A stretch of DNA of 64,000 bases. Origin: an uncultured Actinomycetota bacterium. Lineage in GTDB: Bacteria; Actinomycetota; Acidimicrobiia; Spongiisociales; UBA5794. Positions within the stretch are counted from its first letter, which is position 1, and every line of letters begins with the position of its first letter. This document shows, in pieces, positions 54,518-63,471 of this stretch. Under the pieces are notes generated by a model. The model was not told where the DNA came from. It did no database searches and saw only the letters and a list, made by a program, of their open reading frames with translations. Position numbers and translations under genes: made by a program. The stretch covers positions 113,446-177,445 of the forward strand of contig CAVQRN010000002.1 in assembly GCA_963715255.1 (NCBI GenBank), in the 5' to 3' direction.

Positions 54518-57277
54518 TCACAGGGCCGTCGGGAAATCGGCCCGGATTCGATCGAACGCTGCGACGGAGGGTCTCACCTTGATGCGAGCATCGACCACGC
54601 GAACACCCATGCCGGGAGTGCCCACCTTGACGGGGTTGAGATCCATCTCGACCATCTCCGGAATGTCCTCGATCATGGCCGAGACGCGAAGGAGGGTCTC
54701 CTTGACGGCATCGATATCGCCGGCTTCCCCGCCGCGGTACCCCTCGAGCAACCGCGCCGACTTCACCGACTTGATCATGTCATCGACATCGAGATCGGTG
54801 AGCGGATGGATGCGGAATGCAACGTCCCCGATGAGTTCGACGAAAACACCACCGAGACCGAACACCACGAGCGGTCCGAAATTGGGATCCTCGATCATCC
54901 CGATCAGGATCTCATGGCCACCGGCGACGAACTCCTGCAGAAGAACAGCTTCCGGATCGGGCACGGCCGCCGTGACCTGCAGGTATGCGGCTCGCACGGC
55001 CTCTTCTCCTTGAACATTGAGGACGACGCCGCCGACATCGGACTTGTGGAGCGCCGATGGCGAGATGACCTTGAGCACCACTGGGCCACCGATCGCGGCG
55101 GCGCGTTCGACCGCCTCGTCTTCGGTTGAAACCACTGCCGAAGCAGGAAGCCGCAGTCCATACGACTCGAGCACCGTGTCGACGGTGTCGGGGTCGAGCC
55201 AATCTCCTCCGGGAGTCATACCAACCAGAGCGGCGTCGAGCGCGTTGCGGGCTCGCTCCGAATCGAGGTCCGTGAACTCTGGGATCTCACCCTCAGGCTG
55301 GTTGAGCCACTCGCCGTAGCGGACAGCGTCGTAGAGGGCACGGGCCGCACGTTCGGGGAACGCAAATTCCGGTACGCTCGATCGCACCTTCGGAGCATCG
55401 TCTGAGACCTTGCCTGATTGCATGAACACGGCCAGGAACGTCTTGTCGTCCTCGTGCGCCTCTCCGACGTCGCGAATCGTGCTCTGGATCTCAGCAACGC
55501 CGATCGGCGACGCCGGGATGTAGATGGCAATGACCGCGTCGAGTTCGTCGGCCGCGAGCATTGCTTCGAGCACGTTTCGGTACTCGGGTGCGCCTGCTGC
55601 GGCGATCATGTCGACCGGATTCCGCACCGCAGCCTCAGGCGACAGGAAGTCGCGCAACTGCTGCTGCAGGCCCTCCGAGAGGATCGGCACTTCGAGGCCC
55701 CGCGACTCGAGCCCATCCACCGCGAGGATCGCCGGTCCACCGGCATTGGTCACGATGCCGACCCGCCGCCCCTTGGGGACCGGCTCGTTTGACAGCAGGC
55801 TGGTGACGTCGAATAGCTCCTCGAGCGTGTCGACACGGATAACGCCGGTCTGGTGAAAGAGCGCGTCGACGGCGACGTCGAGGCTTGCCAACGACCCTGT
55901 GTGGCTGCTCGCAGCCCGAGCCCCTGAGGCGGTGCGGCCCGACTTGACGGCCACGATCGGCTTCTTCCTTGCGATCCGTCGCGCGAACCGGGCGAATCGT
56001 CTCGGATTCCCGAAGGATTCCATGTACAGGAGGATCACGTCGGTCGACGGGTCGTCCTCCCAGTAGAGCAGCAGGTCGTCACCGGAGACGTCTGCGAGAT
56101 TCCCAACCGACACGAACGTCGAGATGCCGATGTTGTGTCGCGCCGCGTAGTCGAGGATCGCAAGCCCGAGTGCACCCGACTGGGACGAGAGTGCGACATT
56201 GCCCCGTGGCGGCCGAATCGGCCCGAACTGCCCGTCGAGACTGATCGCCGGATCGGTGTTCAACAGCCCCATGCAGTTCGGTCCCACCATACGAATCCCC
56301 ACGGACCGAACGAGATCAAGCAGCTCGGCCTCGAGTTCGATCCCTGGGCCCCCAATCTCGGAGAACCCCGCCGAGATCACGACCAGGGCACGTACGCCCT
56401 TCTCGATGCACTGCTTCACGGTCTCGATCACGCGCTTCGACGACACAACGATGAAGGCGAGATCGACACTACCCGGGATATCAAGGACCGTCGGATAGGC
56501 GGCAACCGATCGTACGACCGGCGACGTCGGGTTGACCGGGTAGACCGGTCCGCTGAAGTCACCGTTGATGAGGTTGTTGAAGAGCCGCCCGCCGATCGAC
56601 GATACGTCGCGGCTTGCTCCGATGACCGCCACGGATTGCGGCGCCATGAGCGGCATCATCGATTGTGCCACCGCACGCTGCTCTCGGTCATCACGGACCG
56701 CGGTGCTCTCTTCGGACTCCTCCGTCGGGAAGGCGACGGTGTAGACCCCTTCGTCGAGATGTCTCTTCACCCCGTATCCGGAGGCCCGGAACACGCGCAT
56801 CATCACGTGGTTGTCGGCGAGCAGATGGGCCCGAAACCCGCTGATTCCCTTCGTGCGCGCATACGCCGTCAGCCGATAGAGCAACAGCGTTCCGATGCCC
56901 TTCTGCTGCCACTCGTCCGCTACCGCGAACGCCGCCTCGGCGATTTCCGGATCGTCTGCGGTCGTGTTGTATCGACCCACGCCGATGAGACGGCCGTCCC
57001 TGATCGCCACGAATGCCATGTCCTTGTGGTAGTCGAGCTGAGTGAAACGATCGAGTTCCGCAGGTTCGAGTTCGTCTTTCACCCTGAAGAAGCGGAAATA
57101 GGTGCTCCGGCGCGAGAGTCCCCGGACCATCGCTTGGAGCACGTCGCGGTCGCTCGGAGCGATGGGGCGGATGCGGATCGTTTCTCCGCCCCTCATCACC
57201 GCGTCTTGCACCCACTCACTCGGATACGCGGACGGCGGGTCGGAGACCGTCAACGGTGCTTCGGTCCGGTCAGTCAC
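54518..57277 (-). CDS. GNAT acetyltransferase fused to NDP-forming acyl-CoA synthetase-like domains (Pat-type protein acetyltransferase, GNAT N-terminal)
   Basis: N-terminal GNAT (VADEWQQKGIGTLLL), then a CoA-binding Rossmann domain (VAVIGAS...GPVYPVNP), a succinyl-CoA-synthetase-like flavodoxin domain and an ATP-grasp (VVLKVISPSALHKSDVGGV). GTG start. Confidence 0.85.
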   Translation of the reverse strand: MTDRTEAPLTVSDPPSAYPSEWVQDAVMRGGETIRIRPIAPSDRDVLQAMVRGLSRRSTYFRFFRVKDELEPAELDRFTQLDYHKDMAFVAIRDGRLIGVGRYNTTADDPEIAEAAFAVADEWQQKGIGTLLLYRLTAYARTKGISGFRAHLLADNHVMMRVFRASGYGVKRHLDEGVYTVAFPTEESEESTAVRDDREQRAVAQSMMPLMAPQSVAVIGASRDVSSIGGRLFNNLINGDFSGPVYPVNPTSPVVRSVAAYPTVLDIPGSVDLAFIVVSSKRVIETVKQCIEKGVRALVVISAGFSEIGGPGIELEAELLDLVRSVGIRMVGPNCMGLLNTDPAISLDGQFGPIRPPRGNVALSSQSGALGLAILDYAARHNIGISTFVSVGNLADVSGDDLLLYWEDDPSTDVILLYMESFGNPRRFARFARRIARKKPIVAVKSGRTASGARAASSHTGSLASLDVAVDALFHQTGVIRVDTLEELFDVTSLLSNEPVPKGRRVGIVTNAGGPAILAVDGLESRGLEVPILSEGLQQQLRDFLSPEAAVRNPVDMIAAAGAPEYRNVLEAMLAADELDAVIAIYIPASPIGVAEIQSTIRDVGEAHEDDKTFLAVFMQSGKVSDDAPKVRSSVPEFAFPERAARALYDAVRYGEWLNQPEGEIPEFTDLDSERARNALDAALVGMTPGGDWLDPDTVDTVLESYGLRLPASAVVSTEDEAVERAAAIGGPVVLKVISPSALHKSDVGGVVLNVQGEEAVRAAYLQVTAAVPDPEAVLLQEFVAGGHEILIGMIEDPNFGPLVVFGLGGVFVELIGDVAFRIHPLTDLDVDDMIKSVKSARLLEGYRGGEAGDIDAVKETLLRVSAMIEDIPEMVEMDLNPVKVGTPGMGVRVVDARIKVRPSVAAFDRIRADFPTAL

Positions 57278-57346
57278 ACTGATCCCTTTCGTAGTCTTCT
57301 CTCGTCTGATTGTCGCAGCCCCACGATATCGTCAATACTCGGGTTG

Positions 57347-58123
57347 ATGACCACGGACGTCTCCTTCATCGGCCTGACCCTCGCTTCATCGCTCGTGTTC
57401 GTGGCGATCGTCCTTTCGATGTGGCAACGGCTTGGTCTCGAACGTCAGATCCTGTGGGCTTCGGTCCGAGCCCTTGCCCAACTACTCGCCGTCGGCGTCG
57501 TGCTGGCGGTTCTTCTCCGCCCTGGTCAGTCTCTGTGGTGGTCGATCGCCTGGGTGATCGCAATGCTCCCCTTCGCAGCCGACGTGGTTGCCCGCCGCGC
57601 CCCGGAGGTACCTCGGGTTCGCTGGCTTGCCCTCGCCGCTTTCAGCGTCACATCGCTTGTCGTACTCGGACTGCTGTTCGGCCTTCGCGTGTTCCCTCTC
57701 GAGCCCCGCACGCTCGTTCCGCTCGCCGGGATGATGATCGGAAACTCGATGACGGCGACCGTCCTCGTTGCAACGCGAATCGTCGCTGAGTTCAAGGAGA
57801 AGCGCCCGCTCGTCGAGGTCCGACTCGCGTTGGGATTCCGGGCGAACGACGCGTTCCAACCCTATCTGCGTGCTGCATTGAAGACTGCCCTCGTGCCGCA
57901 GATCGAGACAACGAAAGCCGTTGGGATCGTGTTCCTTCCCGGCGCGATGACCGGCCTCATCCTCGCCGGCGTCGACCCGATGGAAGCCGTGCGGGTGCAG
58001 GTTGTGGTCATGTATCTGGTCCTCGGCTCGGTCGCAGTCTCGGCAAGCACCGTGGCGCTCGGCTTGAGCCGAACGTTGTTCACGCCCGATCAGCGAGCGG
58101 TGCATCTGCCCGACGACCGATAG
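57347..58123 (+). CDS. FetB/YbbM-like ABC permease (UPF0014 iron-export family)
   Basis: Multi-TM protein with LVPQIETTKAVGIVFLPGAMTGLILAG, typical of UPF0014. ATG 57347. The long upstream ORF-track extension is antisense to the acetyltransferase. Confidence 0.8.
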   Translation: MTTDVSFIGLTLASSLVFVAIVLSMWQRLGLERQILWASVRALAQLLAVGVVLAVLLRPGQSLWWSIAWVIAMLPFAADVVARRAPEVPRVRWLALAAFSVTSLVVLGLLFGLRVFPLEPRTLVPLAGMMIGNSMTATVLVATRIVAEFKEKRPLVEVRLALGFRANDAFQPYLRAALKTALVPQIETTKAVGIVFLPGAMTGLILAGVDPMEAVRVQVVVMYLVLGSVAVSASTVALGLSRTLFTPDQRAVHLPDDR

Positions 58124-58127
58124 GCTG

Positions 58128-58781
58128 GTGGTCGTGAAACGCGCCGTGCTCGCTCTCGTACTCGTGCTCTCCTCCTGCACCGGCGGTGGGACATCGTCGG
58201 ATGCGAACGGCAGCTCCACGCTCGAGCCGACAACTCCCGAACCGACGACGACGGTACAGGGCAGCGATGTGGAATCCACCGTGCCGGATACGACGTCGAC
58301 CACGGTCGTCACCGGCAACGCCAGATTCGTCATCGGGAGTGTGGTCTTCGGCGAACGGGGAACGATCGAGGTTGGGAACCTTGGACCCGATACCGGTGAC
58401 CTCACGGGGTTCTGGGTCGCCATCCATCCGTACTACCTGGAGCTCCCGTCGACAATCCTCTCTCCCGGCAAGGCACTCGTCATCAGCATCGCGGAGGACG
58501 CTGATCCGGACCTCGTGATCCCTGCGGCGGGTCTCTTGCCAACATTGATGAGCGCCTCCGGAGAGATCGGTCTCTACTCGAGCGGCGATTTCGGAGACCC
58601 CGGCGCCATCGTCGATTATGTGGAGTGGGGGTCGACCGGTCATGTTCGCTCGAACGTTGCGATCGCGGCCGGCCTCTGGCCGGCAGATCAGGCCATCGTC
58701 ACCGACGGATCGGTCACAGGACTTACATCCGGTGACCGCTCAGAGCCGGGACCTCAGGGCTGGTCGCCAACTGTGGAGTAA
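58128..58781 (+). CDS. Lipoprotein with lamin-tail-like (LTD) domain
   Basis: Lipobox VLALVLVLSSC, T/S-rich linker, and the C-terminal GEIGLYSSGDFGDPGAIVDYVEWG resembling LTD domains. Confidence 0.55.
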   Translation: MVVKRAVLALVLVLSSCTGGGTSSDANGSSTLEPTTPEPTTTVQGSDVESTVPDTTSTTVVTGNARFVIGSVVFGERGTIEVGNLGPDTGDLTGFWVAIHPYYLELPSTILSPGKALVISIAEDADPDLVIPAAGLLPTLMSASGEIGLYSSGDFGDPGAIVDYVEWGSTGHVRSNVAIAAGLWPADQAIVTDGSVTGLTSGDRSEPGPQGWSPTVE

Positions 58782-58805
58782 TCCGTATCGAGGTTCGGAT
58801 ACCGA

Positions 58806-60404
58806 CTATGCCAGGGCCACAAGGTCGAGCATCGACTCGTCGAAGTAGGCCCGATCACCTTCGGGCATCAGGATGACCCGATCCGGTTCGAGCGCCGCCA
58901 CGAAGTCGGTGTCATGGCTGACGAGAATGAGCGTTCCCTCGTACTGCCTGAGGGCTTCGAGGAGCGCTTCCTTCGCCTGAGGATCGAGGTTGTTCGTTGG
59001 CTCGTCGAGAAGCAACACGTTGTGACCGGTGACGACCAGTCGTGCCAAGGCCAGCTTCGTCTTCTCGCCGCCGGACAGAGTCCCGGCATCTTGATCGAAC
59101 TTGTCGGCGAGGAGGAAGTGACCCAGGACAGATCGCAGGTCCCGATCCGGCAGCCGGCTGGCTCCCCGCATGATGTCGAGCACCGCTACGCCGGCGGTGA
59201 TGTCTTCGTGTTCCTGGGCGTAGTAGCCCGGTGCCGCCCGATAGCCGGTTTCGACGGATCCAAGGTCCGCGTCCTCGACGCCTGCGAGGATCTTCAGGAG
59301 CGTCGTCTTGCCCGCGCCGTTCAGACCCATGATGATCAGCCGTTCCTCGCGGTCAACGTCGACATCGATGTCGACGAATACAACGTTGTGTCCATACGCC
59401 TTGGCAAGGCCCTCCGCCCGCAGCGGGGTTCGTCCTGAGGGGATCGGTTGCGGGAACCGGAGCGCCACTCGCTTGCGATCGCGCCCTATCTCGACGAGAT
59501 CGTCCTGCATGCGCCGAACTCGTGTCTCCCACGTGCGGGCACGACGAGCCATCGATTCGGACGAGCCTTTGAAGCGTCGGATACCGTCCTCGAGGCGTGC
59601 GATCTTCGCCTCCTGCTGGCGCCGTTCGCGCAAGCGCTGGGTCCTCCTCTGGTCACGCTCTTCGAGGTAGTACGAGTAGTTGCCTCGGAAGGGTTCGATG
59701 CGACCGCCCTCGACCGCTAACACCGACGTTATCGACTCATCGAGCAGCGGCAGGTCGTGTGAGACGATCAGAAGGCCGCCTTCGTAGTCGGCGAGGAACC
59801 CCACCAGCCAGGCCTTTGCGTCCATATCGAGATGATTCGTCGGCTCATCGAGGAGCAACGTTGTGGTCTCTGCAAAGAGGATGCGGGCAAGTTCGACCCG
59901 CCGTCGCTGCCCGCCGGACATCGTCGTCACCGGCTGGTCGAGTTCAATCGCCCCGATGCCAAGGGCGGAAGCGAAACGTTTGGCTTCCGCTTTCGCGACG
60001 TATCCTCCTCGCACGGTGAACTCATCGTCGAGCCGGCCGAATCGACGGATCAGCCGGTCTCGTTCGGTTCCGTCGACCTCCTCCATCCGCCGGCGGGTGA
60101 CCTCCATCTGTCGTTCGATCGTTCCGATGTCGCGGGCCATCAGCACGCGTTCGAGAGCGGTTACACCCGGATCGTCGAGGTCCTCGAGCGCCGCCTCCTG
60201 TGAGAGATACCCGATGGTGCCGCTTCGTACCACTGAGCCCTCAGCCTGCTCATGCGATCCCTCGAGCGTCCGCATGAGGGTTGTCTTCCCTGCGCCGTTG
60301 GGGCCCACGAAACCGATCCTGTCCCCGGCCTGCACGGAGAAGGACACGTCGGAGAGAAGGCGCCGTGCACCGGCGTCGACAGCGAGATCACGGACGAGAA
60401 TCAT
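58806..60404 (-). CDS. ABC-F family ATPase (two NBDs, no TMD)
   Basis: Duplicated Walker A (GPNGAGKTT, GLNGAGKTT), two signatures (MSGGQRRRV, LSGGEKTKL) and an Arg/Glu-rich interdomain linker. Confidence 0.9.
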   Translation of the reverse strand: MILVRDLAVDAGARRLLSDVSFSVQAGDRIGFVGPNGAGKTTLMRTLEGSHEQAEGSVVRSGTIGYLSQEAALEDLDDPGVTALERVLMARDIGTIERQMEVTRRRMEEVDGTERDRLIRRFGRLDDEFTVRGGYVAKAEAKRFASALGIGAIELDQPVTTMSGGQRRRVELARILFAETTTLLLDEPTNHLDMDAKAWLVGFLADYEGGLLIVSHDLPLLDESITSVLAVEGGRIEPFRGNYSYYLEERDQRRTQRLRERRQQEAKIARLEDGIRRFKGSSESMARRARTWETRVRRMQDDLVEIGRDRKRVALRFPQPIPSGRTPLRAEGLAKAYGHNVVFVDIDVDVDREERLIIMGLNGAGKTTLLKILAGVEDADLGSVETGYRAAPGYYAQEHEDITAGVAVLDIMRGASRLPDRDLRSVLGHFLLADKFDQDAGTLSGGEKTKLALARLVVTGHNVLLLDEPTNNLDPQAKEALLEALRQYEGTLILVSHDTDFVAALEPDRVILMPEGDRAYFDESMLDLVALA

Positions 60405-60431
60405 GGCGGAAAGGTAGAGACGATGCCTGAG

Positions 60432-60501
60432 CTACCAGCCACCAGCCACCAGCCCGACTACCCGCTGCCGGCTGTCAGCCCGACTACCGACTGCCGACTG
60501 C
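60432..60501. repeat. Composite short-repeat tract: 7-mers (CTACCAG CCACCAG CCACCAG; CGACTGC x2) and a 12-nt direct repeat AGCCCGACTACC at 26-nt spacing
   Basis: Read directly. On the minus strand TAG occurs at 60484-86 (the GGDEF-EAL stop), 60458-60 and 60432-34, i.e. 26 nt apart and in three different frames. Confidence 0.7.
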
Positions 60502-62550
60502 CTGGCTGCTCTCTCGTGCGTAGTCGGAGACGAATTCGAGGATCTTGTCACCGGCGATCGGGCGGGAGATCAGGAACCCCTGAATTCGATCACATCCGAG
60601 CTCATGGAGGAAACGGAGCTGCTCCTCGTTTTCGACACCCTCGGCGATCACGTCAAGTCGGAGGGTACGCGTGAGACCGATGATTGCCGAAGACACGGCG
60701 ATTCCGTCCCGGCTGGTGAGACCGTCGGCGATGAATGATCGGTCGATCTTCAGCGTGTCGATCGGAAGTTGGGTCAGATAGCCAAGCGACGAGTACCCCG
60801 TTCCGAAATCGTCGATACTCACCGTGACACCAAGATCCCGGAGTCGCTCGAGTGCACGCCGCGTCTCCTCGAGATCAGTGAGAAGGGTCCCCTCCGTCAG
60901 TTCGACGTCGAGGAATCGGGGGTTGAGTCGCGCCGCGGCAAGCGACGCCACAACCGTCTCAACCAGGTTCCCGGCGCGGAACTGGCGGGACGACAGATTC
61001 ACCGACATCCGCATGGGCGGAAGACCGTTGTCGAGCCAGGATCGCATCTCCAGGCAGGCCTGGTCGAGTACCCACTGGCCGAGTGGAACGATGAGATCCG
61101 TCTCCTCTGCCAAGCGAATGAACGTCTCGGTCGGAACCTTGCCGAATTCGGGATGATCCCAGCGAAGCAGCGCTTCAACCCCGATGACCATCTTCCGCTC
61201 GGTGTCGACCTTCGGCTGATAGTGCAGATACAGGCCTTCGTCGGCGTCGATCGCCTTGCGAAGGCCATCGAGGAGCGTGAGCCGCTGACTCGTGCGCTCG
61301 CGGAGCGCGCTCGTGTAGAACTCGTATGTATTGCGGCCGGCGTCTTTCGCGCTGTACATCGCAATGTCGGCCCCCTTGAGGAGTTCTTCGGTCGTCTCCC
61401 CGTCGAGGGGGTATGCCGCAATCCCCATGGACGACGTGATCACGATGTCCTCGCCACCGACTCGGTACGGAGTGGCAAGCCTCCTCAGGATCTTCGTCGC
61501 AACCTGTCCTGCGTCCTCGACCCGCTGCCCGCCTTCGAGGATCACCGTGAACTCATCTCCCCCGAGACGTGCAACCGTGTCGGACTCTCGAACCGACCCG
61601 ACGATCCGTTCCGCCGCCTGGCGAAGGAGCGCGTCACCAACTGCGTGACCGAGTCGATCGTTCACCTCCTTGAAGCCATCGAGGTCAAGGAACATGAGCG
61701 CAACCACCGAGCCATCCCTGCGCGCACGCGCCACGGCGCTCTCGAGTCGATCAGTGAAGAGGGTTCGATTGATGAGCCCGGTCAACGAGTCGTAGCGGGC
61801 GAGATAGTTGAGGCGTTGCTGATCGAGTTCCCGTTCGGAGCGGTGGACTTCACTGCTCTCCGTCCACGATCTCTGGAGTTTTCGTACCGCCGGTCGGAAC
61901 AAGAACAGGCCTTCGAACACGAGCAGAGCGAGGGTCGCCACGAGCAGGAAGTACTCCGTCTGCTCCAACGTGGCGACCCGCTCCCCCGACGTGCGTAGAT
62001 ACGAGGCCACAACTCGCTGCATCGCGAGCCCATAATCCGCCGACGCGCCTTCCACAACGTCGGCTGCGGCCGATGGGGGCATCCCTCCGACGTCGATCGC
62101 ACGCTGCACGCGATCCGTGGCCGAGACGAAGGCATCGAGCGAGGCTCCAGCCTCGATGAGGAAGCTCTCGGTATCGGTGTTGCTCATTGCCGGAATATCG
62201 AGTTCCGGATCCCCCTCAACGAACGCGCCGTGCACCAGTGAAATCTCCTCGACACTCTCCGCGAACTCACTGCTGAGAGGTTGCGAGAGACCGGCGACCG
62301 CCAGGTTCGACAACTCGGCCACTCGTGCGGCGAGGTATCCCTGCCTGAGCCCATACTCGAGCACCGTGGCATCTCGTGCCTTCATGCTGAAGGTTCGGTG
62401 AGTGACGAATATCGAGAGAACGGCCAGCATGCCGATCAGCACGAGCGCGAGCACGTACCGGCCGACGGGCCGTTCCGGCAGACGTGCCGGGAAGGCATCG
62501 TCCGAATTCGACGCGGTGCGTCCTCGCAGCCACGATCCGGGTATTCGCAT
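60484..62550 (-). CDS. Membrane-anchored diguanylate cyclase/phosphodiesterase (GGDEF-EAL)
   Basis: N-terminal TM and sensor-like region, RLGGDEF GGDEF domain, and an EAL domain (EALLRW, DDFGTGYSSL, KIDRSF). Start trimmed to MRIPGSW (ATG 62548-62550). Confidence 0.9.
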   Translation of the reverse strand: MRIPGSWLRGRTASNSDDAFPARLPERPVGRYVLALVLIGMLAVLSIFVTHRTFSMKARDATVLEYGLRQGYLAARVAELSNLAVAGLSQPLSSEFAESVEEISLVHGAFVEGDPELDIPAMSNTDTESFLIEAGASLDAFVSATDRVQRAIDVGGMPPSAAADVVEGASADYGLAMQRVVASYLRTSGERVATLEQTEYFLLVATLALLVFEGLFLFRPAVRKLQRSWTESSEVHRSERELDQQRLNYLARYDSLTGLINRTLFTDRLESAVARARRDGSVVALMFLDLDGFKEVNDRLGHAVGDALLRQAAERIVGSVRESDTVARLGGDEFTVILEGGQRVEDAGQVATKILRRLATPYRVGGEDIVITSSMGIAAYPLDGETTEELLKGADIAMYSAKDAGRNTYEFYTSALRERTSQRLTLLDGLRKAIDADEGLYLHYQPKVDTERKMVIGVEALLRWDHPEFGKVPTETFIRLAEETDLIVPLGQWVLDQACLEMRSWLDNGLPPMRMSVNLSSRQFRAGNLVETVVASLAAARLNPRFLDVELTEGTLLTDLEETRRALERLRDLGVTVSIDDFGTGYSSLGYLTQLPIDTLKIDRSFIADGLTSRDGIAVSSAIIGLTRTLRLDVIAEGVENEEQLRFLHELGCDRIQGFLISRPIAGDKILEFVSDYARESSQAVGSR

Positions 62551-62640
62551 GATCTCCGATCCGTTCTCGTACGTATCGGCAGGAATCGGCAGAGGTTGAA
62601 TACCTCCGGTTACGATGAGACATCGCAACAAGGAGCGAAC

Positions 62641-63033
62641 ATGACCTTCTGGCAGCTGTTCTTGCTACTGATGATCTTCATACCCCTCATCATGCTGTGG
62701 ATCTTCACGCTCGTCGATCTCTTCCAGCGAGCAGATCTCACCGGGGTCGCGAAGGCGTTGTGGGCGATAGCAATCGTGCTTCTCCCCCTCATCGGCATGC
62801 TGGTCTACTTCCTCCTCCGCGACTCGGAGGCACCGGCAGCCGGCGCTCACCCGGCTGATGATCGGCCGGCATCGGCACCTGCGGCATCATCCGATCCGAA
62901 CGGTTCGGCAATCGGTGCCGCAGACGTCGCCGACCAACTCGAACGACTCGCCGACCTTCGCGACAAGTCGATCCTCACCGACGACGAATTCCAGCGGGAG
63001 AAAGACAAGCTCCTCGGATCTCCTTCGGCGTGA
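62641..63033 (+). CDS. PLDc_N (PLD-nuclease N-terminal TM) plus SHOCT domain membrane protein
   Basis: Two TM helices flanking the LVDLFQRADL...KALWAIAIVLLPLIGMLVYFL motif, and a C-terminal SHOCT-like LERLADLRDKSILTDDEFQREKDKLL. AAGGAG RBS at 62630-62635. Confidence 0.75.
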   Translation: MTFWQLFLLLMIFIPLIMLWIFTLVDLFQRADLTGVAKALWAIAIVLLPLIGMLVYFLLRDSEAPAAGAHPADDRPASAPAASSDPNGSAIGAADVADQLERLADLRDKSILTDDEFQREKDKLLGSPSA

Positions 63034-63383
63034 GTGAAACTGAGACGATCGTGGCGATCGGAATCGTGCTGGTTCCGCTCACCGTCATCTGGCTCCTGGC
63101 TCTCTTCAACATTGTCGCCAGACGGGGAGATCTCTCGATCGGATGGAAGGGCATCTGGTCCGCGGTCGTGATTCTGATTCCGTACCTCGGGGTGCTGATC
63201 TACGCCGTCGTCCGCCCGCCGGCTCAGATGAAGGGGCTTGGTGGCAGCGACCCGACCGTCACGGGTCAGGCCATCGACCAGATCCACCGCCTGACAAGGG
63301 AACATGAGTCCGGTGCGATCACCGACGGGGACTTCGCGTCACGCAAAGCCCTCATCTTTGGCATCGGAGAACCGGCCACCTGA
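63030..63383 (+). CDS. Second PLDc_N plus SHOCT domain membrane protein (paralog)
   Basis: LFNIVARRGDL...KGIWSAVVILIPYLGVLIYAVV and a SHOCT-like HRLTREHESGAITDGDFASRKALIF. The GTG start overlaps the upstream stop (GTGA). Confidence 0.75.
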   Translation: MSETETIVAIGIVLVPLTVIWLLALFNIVARRGDLSIGWKGIWSAVVILIPYLGVLIYAVVRPPAQMKGLGGSDPTVTGQAIDQIHRLTREHESGAITDGDFASRKALIFGIGEPAT

Positions 63384-63471
63384 AGACGGGCAGGCCGTCA
63401 CGGGGTTTCCGGCCACCAGCTACCAGCCTTCAGCAAGACCGGAATCACCCTCCGTCGAGGAGAGAACTCGG

